Shown here: piece by piece, positions 18,091-28,433 of the stretch
Layout of the letters: each line of letters opens with the position of its first letter
Position numbering within the stretch: the stretch's first letter is position 1
Origin: Chlamydiales bacterium
GTDB taxonomy: Bacteria; Chlamydiota; Chlamydiia; Chlamydiales; JBDQID01
Assembly: GCA_047611865.1 (NCBI GenBank)
Contig: JBLFWS010000016.1
Location: 1-34,456, forward strand
Direction: 5' to 3'
DNA: 34,456 nt
Translations under genes and position numbers: made by a program
The notes under the pieces: generated by a model
Told to the model about the DNA's origin: nothing
Seen by the model: the letters and a program-made list of their open reading frames with translations, nothing else
The model's database searches: none

Positions 18091-19002
18091 ATGATGTATA
18101 GAGCTGTCTTATCGATATTGTGTGTGAGTGTTCTTGTGTTTGGACTGAATTTTATTCCTGGGACAAGCTCAAATGCCGAAGAAATTAGTCGGGCCGGAAA
18201 TCTCAAAAATCAGGCAGTCTTAGCTCTAAATCAAGGTTATCTGGAAAAAGCGGAGGCTCTTTATAAGCAAGCTCAGGATATATTAGAGAGAGAGTTGGGG
18301 CAGGATGATCAGCAGGTTGCTGAGAACCTTAATAGTCTGGCGATGTAATTTAACAAGGAGGCACGCTACGGTGAGGCTGAAGAGCTCTTATTGAGAGCCT
18401 TGTTGATTAACGAAAAGAATTTAAAGCCTGACGATTTACAACTAGCTTCAAATTTTAATAACTTAGCGTTCATGTATCACGATTGGGGGAAATATAGTGA
18501 TGCAGAAAAGTATTATGATCGAGCAATGAAAATTTTTGAAGGGGTCTTAGGGCCTAGTCATCCACATGTTGCAACGGGTATTGATAACCTGGATTTTTTG
18601 TATAATGATTAAAAGCGTTACAAGGAAGCAGAGCCTTTGTTTAAAAGGGCTTTGAATATTAGAAAAGGCGCTCTGAGTCCTAAGCATCCTGATGTAGCCT
18701 CTAGTCAAAATGGTTTAGCAATGTCTTATCTCGGTCAGCAGCGATATGACGAAGCTGAGGCTCATTATATCAAAGCACTTTCTATATGGGAAAAATCTTT
18801 GGGCAAAGAGCACCCTTTTGTTGCTCTGAGTCTCACAGGCCTTGCTACAGTTTATCGAGATCAGGGAGACATGGAAAAATCCGAGCCTTATTTTAAAAGA
18901 TCCTTGATGATTCGAGAAAACGTCTTCGGGGAGAATCATGAATTAACCCTGGAAGTACGGGGTTCTTTGGATGAACTAAGAAAGAGTTTAAATTCAAAGT
19001 GA
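18091..19002 (+). pseudogene. signal-peptide-bearing kinesin-light-chain-type TPR protein with two in-frame stops
   Basis: Three track ORFs lie in one frame; 42-aa repeats (HP.VA....NLA..Y..QG.Y.EAE....RAL.I.E..LG) continue through TAA 18346-18348 and TAA 18610-18612. Confidence 0.9.
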
Positions 19003-19046
19003 GTTTTCCAAATAAACCGCGAAGCCTCTATTGCTGCTTGGCAGTT

Positions 19047-19213
19047 TAGGTCGTGTATTAAAATTACGAAACGCTGCTTTTGGAGCCTTTCTCCCTGCTT
19101 TGGGATCGGTCATAACTCACCTACTTGTCTAAGTATGGAGAGTTATGACCAATCCCAAATCAAAACAAAATGCTCTCAAAATCAGACATCCCCTAATTTT
19201 AATACACGACCTA
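19047..19213. mobile_element. MITE-like element family A (intact copy A2), 167 bp including terminal TA
   Basis: Perfect 20-bp TIR TAGGTCGTGTATTAAAATTA/TAATTTTAATACACGACCTA; inner hairpin TTTGGGATCGGTCATAACTC...GAGTTATGACCAATCCCAAA. Confidence 0.92.
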
Positions 19214-19217
19214 GACC

Positions 19218-20255
19218 TTATGCAATTTTAAGCTGAAAATCGCTTTGGAATTGATTTACGAGATCCATAAGTTCACATGCCAGACGGCTTCTTATTTCAG
19301 GGTTTTGTTCTCTGCTAATTTCTCCACGGGTCTTTTGGACATTTTCTATTAGCTCTTTTAAGCGTTCAATTTTCCCTCCTGGAGGTCCAAAGATAGAAAA
19401 CCCTTCGTTTTCTCTCCGTATTTTAGTACTTAGAATGTCTTCTTCTGTAATAGCTTTTTCTGCGATAGCTTTAATGCTGTCCTCTAGTTCACTAAGGACA
19501 TCATCTTCGACGACTCCTAGGCTTGCTGGAACTGAAGCGGGATCGGCTTGTCCTGTTTGGCTGTCTTCCACTTTTTTGATTTCGTAGTTGATGACTTCTT
19601 GAAGTAGTTTGCCGAGTGCTTCCAGAAGGATTTTTTTGATATCAGCAATGGCAGCACCTCTCCTGCTGTTATCTGCTGAACCCAGTTTGTTTTCTAACAT
19701 GAGGTTACCTCCTCCGTAGAAAAGGCTGGTAAGTAAGACGCCAGTGGTGGTGAGAATTTTGGGGATATTGCCCATTCCTTCGACGTGGGATAAAAGAGAA
19801 CCACCAACGCTCATGGCTCCGGTGACCAAGCCTAAGTTTTCGATTTCCAAAATTCCTCTTTTCCCATTTTGGGCCAGACTGCTTAAAGCAGGGTCATCTG
19901 GAGATGTATGCGAAGCAATTTGTTGTACGTCTGAGGAGATGTCATGGCGAACAACTTGAATGTTTTTTTCTTTCAGAGCCAAGGCTAGTAGAATCGTGAC
20001 AGTTTCCGCTACTGTCAAGCCAATATTTGTTGCGGAGTTTCTGCCTTGGCTCTCATCTTTTAAGAACGCAAAGGTGGCAGTGGCAACATTTAATACAACT
20101 GATGCAATAGACCACTTGTTTCTGTCTAACCATGTCCAACTTCTACCGGAAAAAGAGACTTCTCTCGGGGCTTGAGGTGAATTTTGTGTACCACCTTGTG
20201 GGGGTACAAGAGGGGTGTTTTTAGGGCTATTGATGTCTTGAGGATTAATACTCAT
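19218..20255 (-). CDS. hypothetical membrane protein, inclusion-membrane (Inc)-like
   Basis: S/P/Q/N-rich N-terminus (MSINPQDINSP), two paired hydrophobic regions, helical charged C-terminus. Confidence 0.65.
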   Translation of the reverse strand: MSINPQDINSPKNTPLVPPQGGTQNSPQAPREVSFSGRSWTWLDRNKWSIASVVLNVATATFAFLKDESQGRNSATNIGLTVAETVTILLALALKEKNIQVVRHDISSDVQQIASHTSPDDPALSSLAQNGKRGILEIENLGLVTGAMSVGGSLLSHVEGMGNIPKILTTTGVLLTSLFYGGGNLMLENKLGSADNSRRGAAIADIKKILLEALGKLLQEVINYEIKKVEDSQTGQADPASVPASLGVVEDDVLSELEDSIKAIAEKAITEEDILSTKIRRENEGFSIFGPPGGKIERLKELIENVQKTRGEISREQNPEIRSRLACELMDLVNQFQSDFQLKIA

Positions 20256-20349
20256 AATCTTGTGTTCCTTGTAGGATTAGCAATTTTACGCAAAATACTT
20301 TGCGAGCAATTCTTCATCAAGAAATTTTTTGCTTTTATGGATTTACTCT

Positions 20350-20757
20350 TAGGTCGTGTATTGAAATTAGGGGATGTCTGATTTTATACTCGATCCAAGC
20401 CGTTAATGGAGCGCTCTCACTTGGCTGTTTTGTGGCGTAGGCAAAGCTTTCATGAGGAACGAAGTTCCGCTACACCAATAGCCTAGTCCGCAGTGAGCCC
20501 TTGGCGAACGCAGGGCAAGGAATAAACCCACACGTAATGATAAGCACTGAAAGTGTGACACAAAAATACTTAGTGACGTTTTTGTGTCGCACTTTCAGAG
20601 CTCAAATTAATAAATTATCATTTCCTAGCCCTTCGTTCGCCAAAGGCTCACTTCGGACTAGGCTATTGATGCGGCGGAACTTCGTTCCTCATGAAGGCTT
20701 CGCCAATGCCACAAAAAATAAAAAAAGCGGAAATTTGTAATTTTAATACACGACCTA
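20350..20757. mobile_element. family A termini enclosing a different ~290-bp palindromic cargo (copy A3), 408 bp
   Basis: TAGGTCGTGTATTGAAATTAGGGGATGTCTGATTTT...TAATTTTAATACACGACCTA; long internal inverted repeat 20428-20716 with apical hairpin 20547-20598. Confidence 0.9.
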
Positions 20758-21390
20758 GGCTTGCAGTCTCTCTAAGTTCATTTTCTTTAGAACATAGCAG
20801 CCGATGTACACAAAAGGGGTGTCGATTGTTGCCAGAAGCACTTTAAGAATTATTGTTGAGGGGAGCATAATAGCCAGAGCATCAGATCCAAATACAATAC
20901 TGATAAATATTATGGAGTTAATGAATTGGCTGGTGATAGTAGAAACGTTGTTTCTAATCCATAGGTGCTTTTCTCCAGTGACTCTTCTTTTGATCCAATC
21001 GAACATCCATACATCCCAAAATTGAGAGGTAAAGTAGGCGATGGAGGAAGCAAAGAATACGAGAAGGCCTCCAGCTCCAAAGGGTGTTAGAGGGGAGTTT
21101 TCAGGTGAGATCATCAAACAGACTTTTATGATACATACTGTCAGGAATTGACTCCAGAATCCTAAGCAAACAGTTCTGTTAGCTTCTTTGGGTCCAAAAG
21201 TGTTTGTAATGATATCTGTAACAGGGAAAGTCAGGAAGGAAAAGAATAGGCTTGAAGCAGGAAAGACAATAGTATTACCCCAGAGGTCTATTTCGAGTTT
21301 CACCTGACCAGTGAAGATGCTTGTGGACATTCCAATAATCATCAAGGCATTGAGAAAAAGTAGAGATTTTAACTTGTCTGAATGAGACAT
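20755..21390 (-). CDS. yhhQ: VUT/YhhQ family (queuosine precursor-type) transporter
   Basis: FPVTDII...FG, ASSIAYFTSQFWDV, WIRNNVSTITSQFINS.IF, K....DTPFVY. Confidence 0.88.
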   Translation of the reverse strand: MSHSDKLKSLLFLNALMIIGMSTSIFTGQVKLEIDLWGNTIVFPASSLFFSFLTFPVTDIITNTFGPKEANRTVCLGFWSQFLTVCIIKVCLMISPENSPLTPFGAGGLLVFFASSIAYFTSQFWDVWMFDWIKRRVTGEKHLWIRNNVSTITSQFINSIIFISIVFGSDALAIMLPSTIILKVLLATIDTPFVYIGCYVLKKMNLERLQA

Positions 21391-21459
21391 AAGAATCCAA
21401 GGTAGAATTTTTTGGTGCTTCCACTGAATTTAAAATCAGAATACTGCCTCTAGAATGTT

Positions 21460-22149
21460 TTAAAGGTCAAAATAAAAGCCTTCTTTAGAGAAACGTTTAT
21501 ATTTTTTGGAGTCGAATGAATAGAGTTTAGCTGGGCGATGTCTGTCTCCTTCCGTGACTTTTCCTGTTTCTTTTATAAAGTTGAAGCGAGAGATTTTTTT
21601 TCGGAAGTTTCTTTTGTCGATACTCTTTTCCAGGAGAATTTCGTAAAGCTTCTGAAATTGAGAGAGGGTAAATTCTTTTGGCAACAGCTCAAATCCTATG
21701 GGATTTAGAGTGATAGATTTTTTTAGGCTTTCAAGGGCCATCTCCATCATTTTCTGATGGTCAAAGGCTAGGGGAGGGAGATTATGTATTTCCCACCATT
21801 GAACTTTCTCGGCATCTGCACTTGCTGAAATTTCGTAGTGATCGGGGTTTACGAGGGCAAAAAATGCGACGGTGATGACTCGTCCTCTAGGGTCTCTTTT
21901 AGGGGCACTGAAACAGTGAAATTGTTCAAGGTAGACATCTTTAATGTGAGTTTCTTCGAAGAGTTCTCTTGCAGCTCCTTCTTCAAGAGTCTCGTCGCCT
22001 TCGATGAAACCTCCGGGGATGGCCCATTTTCCTTTATAAGGGAGGTTTTTTCTTTGGATGAGGGCAACTTTTAGTTCTTCTTGTGAATAAGCAAAGATTG
22101 CACAGTCGGTTGAAATGGCGTAGGAGCTTCTGTTCTTGAGGTCAGTCAT
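21460..22149 (-). CDS. nrtR: NrtR-family Nudix-related transcriptional regulator
   Basis: Nudix box GGFIEGDETLEEGAARELFEET, YLEQF..F..P.RDPRGRVIT, LAFDH, wHTH FTLSQFQKLYE...DKRNFRKKI...RPAKLY. ATG 22149 preferred, because the track start 22194 lies inside an operator. Confidence 0.92.
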   Translation of the reverse strand: MTDLKNRSSYAISTDCAIFAYSQEELKVALIQRKNLPYKGKWAIPGGFIEGDETLEEGAARELFEETHIKDVYLEQFHCFSAPKRDPRGRVITVAFFALVNPDHYEISASADAEKVQWWEIHNLPPLAFDHQKMMEMALESLKKSITLNPIGFELLPKEFTLSQFQKLYEILLEKSIDKRNFRKKISRFNFIKETGKVTEGDRHRPAKLYSFDSKKYKRFSKEGFYFDL

Positions 22150-22178
22150 AAGGGCGTTCTCTCTATGAGGTGCATGAA

Positions 22179-22195
22179 AGTGTATAAAGTACACT
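22179..22195. promoter_or_regulatory. NrtR operator 1
   Basis: AGTGT-ataaagt-ACACT palindrome, matching the GT-N7-AC NrtR core. Confidence 0.78.
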
Positions 22196-22244
22196 AATAC
22201 TTGTTGACTCTATTTTAGCATTATGCAGAATATGAGCTTTCATC

Positions 22245-22267
22245 GATAGTGTTAATTGGACACTATC
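22245..22267. promoter_or_regulatory. NrtR operator 2
   Basis: GATAGTGT-taattgg-ACACTATC: perfect 8-bp arms with GT-N7-AC spacing. Confidence 0.85.
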
Positions 22268-22301
22268 TGTGCAGCCTAGTCCGTTTTTAAAAAGGTGGAA
22301 T

Positions 22302-23450
22302 ATGAATATTTTATTTTCGATAGTCTTTTTTGCTCTTGGTACCTTCATTCCGGGAACATCTGTGATGGCAGAGGATCTCGTAACGATTTTGCTAACTTCA
22401 GAATCTCAAACTAAGGTGGAAGCTGCATATATGGCTTTTACAGAAATCTTTCCTGATTCAGAAATACATATTGTTTCTAAACCTGGTTCTTCTGGAATTG
22501 CCTCTCAGCCTATATCTCGTGAGTCAGGTCTTCAGGGGGTTTATAATAGAATGAATGATACAAATTATGGACAAGAATCAAGCTTGGATTTTATTTTGTC
22601 CATTGAAAATTTTCTGGAAGCTGAAAGGACAAATGAAGGAAAAACCATGTGGAAAGATACGGCAGCAGTTTTGATTAAGAACGTGAAAAACGAAAAGGAA
22701 CAAGTTGGCTTCAGTGGTTCAGTAGCTGTGCTTAAAACTTATGTCAAAAAGGCGGAAAATCTATCCCCAACAAATGACGAGACAGGATTGGACGTTACAG
22801 TGGGAGAAGTGATTGCTAGCGAAAATGCGAGTATAGATCCCAAAGATTGGCAGAAGAGAGATGAATTTGGTGGGATTTCCAGAAAAGATATTCTTGCTGA
22901 AAGTATCTTCAAGACCTTTTACTCAGACGATCTTGCATATATCAAAAGCAAGATAAAGAACTACGAAGATTTTCCAAAGCCCGGTATTCAATTTAAGGAT
23001 TTCTTTCCTGTAATGAATGATCCCAAGGCTTTCCAGATATGTATAGACCTGCTTGCCAAGCGATATCAACATAGAAACATTGAGGCAATCGTTGGATTGG
23101 AGTCCAGGGGGTTTATTCTTGGGGCGGCATTGGCTTACAAAATGAATGTTCCCTTTGTTCCAGTTCGAAAGCCTGGCAAGCTACCTGGTAAGACTTACAC
23201 AGTGAGTTATGAGAAAGAATATGGAACAGATACAATAGAACTTTCTCAAAATTCTCTTGTGAAGGAACAGAGAGTACTGGTCATTGATGACCTTATAGCT
23301 ACGGGAGGATCTGCAAAGGCAGCTATTGAGATTATCTCTCAAGCCGAAGCGATGGTCGTAGAATTTGTTTCTTTACTTGAAATTCCTGAGTTGGAAGGAA
23401 GAAAAAAAGTTGGAGTCCCGTCCTTTAATTTAATAGATTTGAATTCTTAA
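22302..23450 (+). CDS. apt: fusion: signal-peptide-like leader + YjjX-like (ITP/XTP phosphatase/PRRC1-type) domain + adenine phosphoribosyltransferase
   Basis: N domain: TSESQTKVEAA..AF, SGIASQP, G..G..NR, SIEN. C domain: FPKPGIQFKD, GLESRGF, VRKPGKLP, VIDDLIATGGS. ATG 22302 follows AAGGTGG. Confidence 0.88.
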   Translation: MNILFSIVFFALGTFIPGTSVMAEDLVTILLTSESQTKVEAAYMAFTEIFPDSEIHIVSKPGSSGIASQPISRESGLQGVYNRMNDTNYGQESSLDFILSIENFLEAERTNEGKTMWKDTAAVLIKNVKNEKEQVGFSGSVAVLKTYVKKAENLSPTNDETGLDVTVGEVIASENASIDPKDWQKRDEFGGISRKDILAESIFKTFYSDDLAYIKSKIKNYEDFPKPGIQFKDFFPVMNDPKAFQICIDLLAKRYQHRNIEAIVGLESRGFILGAALAYKMNVPFVPVRKPGKLPGKTYTVSYEKEYGTDTIELSQNSLVKEQRVLVIDDLIATGGSAKAAIEIISQAEAMVVEFVSLLEIPELEGRKKVGVPSFNLIDLNS

Positions 23451-23477
23451 GAAGATCACATCACAAAAAGGAAAGTT

Positions 23478-24530
23478 ATGAGACATATTACAAAGCTTTT
23501 TCTCTTTTTTCTCTTGGGCTTAGGAGCTCTTATTTCTCCAGTAGCAGCTTTTACTGGAGAGGTGGCGGAGGGTGGCCCAGTTATTTTTTCTGGTAGCTCA
23601 AACTCTCAATTGGCAAAAGCTGTTGCGGATCATCTTGGGATAAGTTTGGGCGAGGCTGATATAGGAAAGTATAATGATGGGGAAATCAATATACAGATTA
23701 AACAAAACGTCCGAAATCGAGATGTGTTTGTTTTGCAATCAACCTGTAGCACAGATACGGATAGTGTTAATGACAATGTCATGGAGCTTTATCTTCTGAT
23801 CAGGACATTGAAGAGGGCCTCTGCTAAAAGTGTAAATGTTGTTATGCCTTACTTCGGTTATGCCCGTCAGGATCGCAAAACGACCCCGCGTGTACCCATT
23901 TCAGCTTCTGATGTGGCAATGCTTTTGGAGAATGGAGGTGCGGACCGAGTTTTAGCAGTAGATCTTCACTGTGGGCAAATTCAGGGATTTTTTCATCACG
24001 TTCCTGTTGATAATTTGTATGCATCTGCTGCCCTTGTACCTTACTTTTCTAAAGTGGATTTGAAGAATACTGTTGTAGTATCACCGGATGCTGGTGGAGT
24101 AGAGCGAGCGAAAAAGTTCCGTGAGCTTCTTAGTAGGCAGGGTGTTGAGGGTGAAATAGCCATGATCATCAAGCAACGTTCAGGTGCCGGATCTGTTAAG
24201 GAGATGAACTTGGTTGGTGATGTGAATGGTGCTGATGCCATTATCGTTGATGATATGTGCGATACAGCTGGCACTTTGGTAAAGGCAGCCCAGCTTCTGA
24301 AAGATCAAGGAGCAAGGCGTGTTTTTGCTGCGATCACTCACCCCGTATTTTCCGGTCCTGCACTGGAGCGAATAGAAAAATCTATAATCACTGAATTGGT
24401 GACTACTGACACTATACCTCTGCGTGGAAAGGTTCCTTCAAATATTACTCAAATATCTGTAGCTCCACTTCTTGCTGAGGCTATTATCCGTATTCATGAT
24501 GGAGAGTCTGTTAGTAATCTTTTCTTGTAA
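23478..24530 (+). CDS. prs: ribose-phosphate pyrophosphokinase with signal-peptide-like leader
   Basis: YNDGE, PYFGYARQDRK, DLH, VVSPDAGG, IIVDDMCDTAGTL. Confidence 0.95.
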   Translation: MRHITKLFLFFLLGLGALISPVAAFTGEVAEGGPVIFSGSSNSQLAKAVADHLGISLGEADIGKYNDGEINIQIKQNVRNRDVFVLQSTCSTDTDSVNDNVMELYLLIRTLKRASAKSVNVVMPYFGYARQDRKTTPRVPISASDVAMLLENGGADRVLAVDLHCGQIQGFFHHVPVDNLYASAALVPYFSKVDLKNTVVVSPDAGGVERAKKFRELLSRQGVEGEIAMIIKQRSGAGSVKEMNLVGDVNGADAIIVDDMCDTAGTLVKAAQLLKDQGARRVFAAITHPVFSGPALERIEKSIITELVTTDTIPLRGKVPSNITQISVAPLLAEAIIRIHDGESVSNLFL

Positions 24531-24552
24531 ATCAAATAAAAGGGTGGACCCT

Positions 24553-25170
24553 CTATCTTCCGAAAGCACCGGTTATTGCCATGTGATTGTAGCAGAGGTG
24601 AGCTACAAGGGGAGGCACGAGCGATCCTGAGGATTGCTTAAGAGCAGATAAGCCAATACCTAGAATTGTTGTAGCTAGAACTTGGGGAATGGCTGCGGTG
24701 AGACTTGTGTAGTTGAAAGCATGTGCCAGGCCGAAAAGGGTTCCGTTTAGTATTGGGATGACCACAGAGCTAATGGTTTTTGCTGTTTTATCACTACAGT
24801 TCATTTTTTTGATGACGTTGGGGATGCAGTCATTCATCAAGTCTTGTAATAAACCCCGGAATATAAGTTCTTCCTCTACGGCAGCAATGTATGCAACAGC
24901 TTTAAAGAGGAGTGGGTTTTTCGTAATGAATTTGTAGGATCCTGTCATTTGAGATTTCACCTTTTGAGGACCCACTTTTTTGACGGCACTCATAGCTACG
25001 GTGTAGGCCAGTTTTCCAACGACACAACTACTTAAGACTCCCAAAGCTACAAATAGAGCTGTTTTGGCGACTTTTTTGATTAAGTCGGAGTGGGGATGAC
25101 AATCTTCTCTTTTTGTAAGCCGAGTTTCAGAGGATGGGTTTGAAATTGTTGGGTAGCTACTTATTGTCAT
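24553..25170 (-). CDS. CPBP (CAAX protease/Abi) intramembrane metalloprotease
   Basis: EEELIFRG, LFGLAH, HLCYN motifs. Confidence 0.88.
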   Translation of the reverse strand: MTISSYPTISNPSSETRLTKREDCHPHSDLIKKVAKTALFVALGVLSSCVVGKLAYTVAMSAVKKVGPQKVKSQMTGSYKFITKNPLLFKAVAYIAAVEEELIFRGLLQDLMNDCIPNVIKKMNCSDKTAKTISSVVIPILNGTLFGLAHAFNYTSLTAAIPQVLATTILGIGLSALKQSSGSLVPPLVAHLCYNHMAITGAFGR

Positions 25171-25297
25171 AAAATCGCCAAGTAATTGCTAATAAAGGAG
25201 TAAAGTATATTTCAAAAGGGAGAAAATGTAAATAATCATTTTGTTTATTTGCCCGAAATGGCTGTTTTTAAGGCTCAAACCTCAATAATTTTGAATT

Positions 25298-25461
25298 TAT
25301 ACACAAACAACTTCAAGAATCGGTTTTTGGCCTGATCTTTCTCCGCTTGATGAACCTTGAAAATTCCGCCTACTTGTACAAGTATAATCGAAATTTTCAG
25401 GCTCCATCAGTCGAAAAAATCTCTGGCCCAAAATTCCGCTTCTTGAAGTTGTTTGTGTATA
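25298..25461. mobile_element. ERIC-like palindromic element family B (copy B2), 164 bp
   Basis: Perfect 22-bp TIR TATACACAAACAACTTCAAGAA; colinear with 12822-12985. Confidence 0.9.
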
Positions 25462-25603
25462 CTTCGGTATAGACAGTCAAAAGAATCGATTGCTTAGTAT
25501 TAATTCTTTTTGATAACGTTCCGGAGTTCAGAGGCCTTTCTGGGCCTAATTAAACATTTATTAATGAATTTCTATTCGTGAAAACGGGTAGAAATTCTGC
25601 AGT

Positions 25604-27347
<1,744 letters not shown>

Positions 27348-27353
27348 AAATAA

Positions 27354-27381
27354 ATGCCGCAAGAGACTGTTCTTGCGGCAT
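27354..27381. terminator. probable bidirectional terminator
   Basis: Perfect 11-bp stem ATGCCGCAAGA-gactgt-TCTTGCGGCAT, between thiC and the extended U-box frame. Confidence 0.8.
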
Positions 27382-27387
27382 ATTTGC

Positions 27388-27885
27388 TTATAGTATGAAC
27401 CAGATGAGGCAGCACCCTAAACATACAGCCTCTGCCAACATTACCCTCTCAAGTTGGTAGAACCTTCTTGGGGCAACGCTCTCTACCAAGATAACCCCTC
27501 TGGGATAAGGTTCATTTGGGTAAGCATCTTCTAGAATTACTACATTCGGGTCTCCACCATTTTTTTGGTATATTTTCTATCTTAAGTCAGTGAGATTGGA
27601 GTTTTGGGGTTTGATGGTATTCCCTTGAAAGGCTTGTGGGTTGTTTTCGGTGAAATTTTTAATTTTCTTTGCCACTTTGTAGTTGTATTTCATATCCCAT
27701 GGATTAATCCATCTGTTGTCTATTGGGCAATGGAGGTTTCCCTTATCTACGTGATCATGCAGGTGAGCGCTATCAAATGTGTGATTGCATCCTAAAGTGA
27801 CTGGGTTACTCATGATTTGATGAGTGACTGGATCTTGACAATCTTCTGCCTTAATTGGCGAATTAAAAAATGAAAACATGCTCAT
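27388..27885 (-). pseudogene. U-box E3-ligase-like protein with an internal in-frame TAG (27577-27579)
   Basis: CQDPVTHQIMSNPVTLGCNHTFD...CPID (U-box). The frame stays open for 62 codons past the TAG, to TAA 27388-27390 beside the terminator. Confidence 0.75.
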
Positions 27886-27930
27886 ACCTTCATTTGTGTG
27901 AAAAAATAATTAGATATAGGTAGAGAGTTA

Positions 27931-28277
27931 GCGTCAAATCAACCCATCTTGACAGTTACCCATATTAAAGAATGGGATGTGATATTGGCGAAGCCTTCAT
28001 GAGTCCGGAGGACGTCCGGTTAGAGCCTCGGGTGACTGAGCTTGCGAGGGAACCCGTGGTGGGAGTTAGGAGATATAGAGCCCGAGGAACGAGGGCGATT
28101 GAAGCTTGTTTCACCTTTCAATCGCCCTGGCGGGTTCTTTTCCCGATATAAAACGTCCACGGGTTCCTTGGCAAGCTCAGTCAACCGAGGCTCTAACCGG
28201 ACGTCCTCCGGACTCATGAAGGCTTCGCCAATGCCAAACCATAATGGGTATACTGTCAAGATGGGTTGATTTGACGC
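27931..28277. mobile_element. MITE-like element family C, 347 bp, 26-bp perfect TIR, TTA target duplication
   Basis: TTA|GCGTCAAATCAACCCATCTTGACAGT...ACTGTCAAGATGGGTTGATTTGACGC|TTA; internal 76-bp arms (27984-28059/28157-28232, 3 mismatches) and apical hairpin 28092-28128. Confidence 0.92.
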
Positions 28278-28433
28278 TTACGGTAGAGGGTATGAAATGC
28301 TAAGTTTAATTTTAATTCAAAGGTAAAAGATAATCTCTTGTGCTGCTGTCGGCCATTTTTAGGTATTTGCAATAAATTATAGGCTGTGATTATCAGACGA
28401 ACTTGAAGCGAGTATTGCCATTCAGGGAGAGCT

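Noticed and set aside
20501..20740. 79-aa ORF
   Set aside because: Lies wholly inside the palindromic cargo of A3; no transposase motifs.
22204..22232. Sigma70-like promoter (TTGACT...CAGAAT) between the NrtR operators
   Set aside because: The position is plausible, but the -10 match and spacing are too weak to call.
24553..25170. Abortive-infection defence gene
   Set aside because: Abi is only the legacy name of the CPBP protease family; there is no defence context.
28020..28269. Two antiparallel 75-79-aa ORFs
   Set aside because: Both lie inside the inverted repeat of element C.
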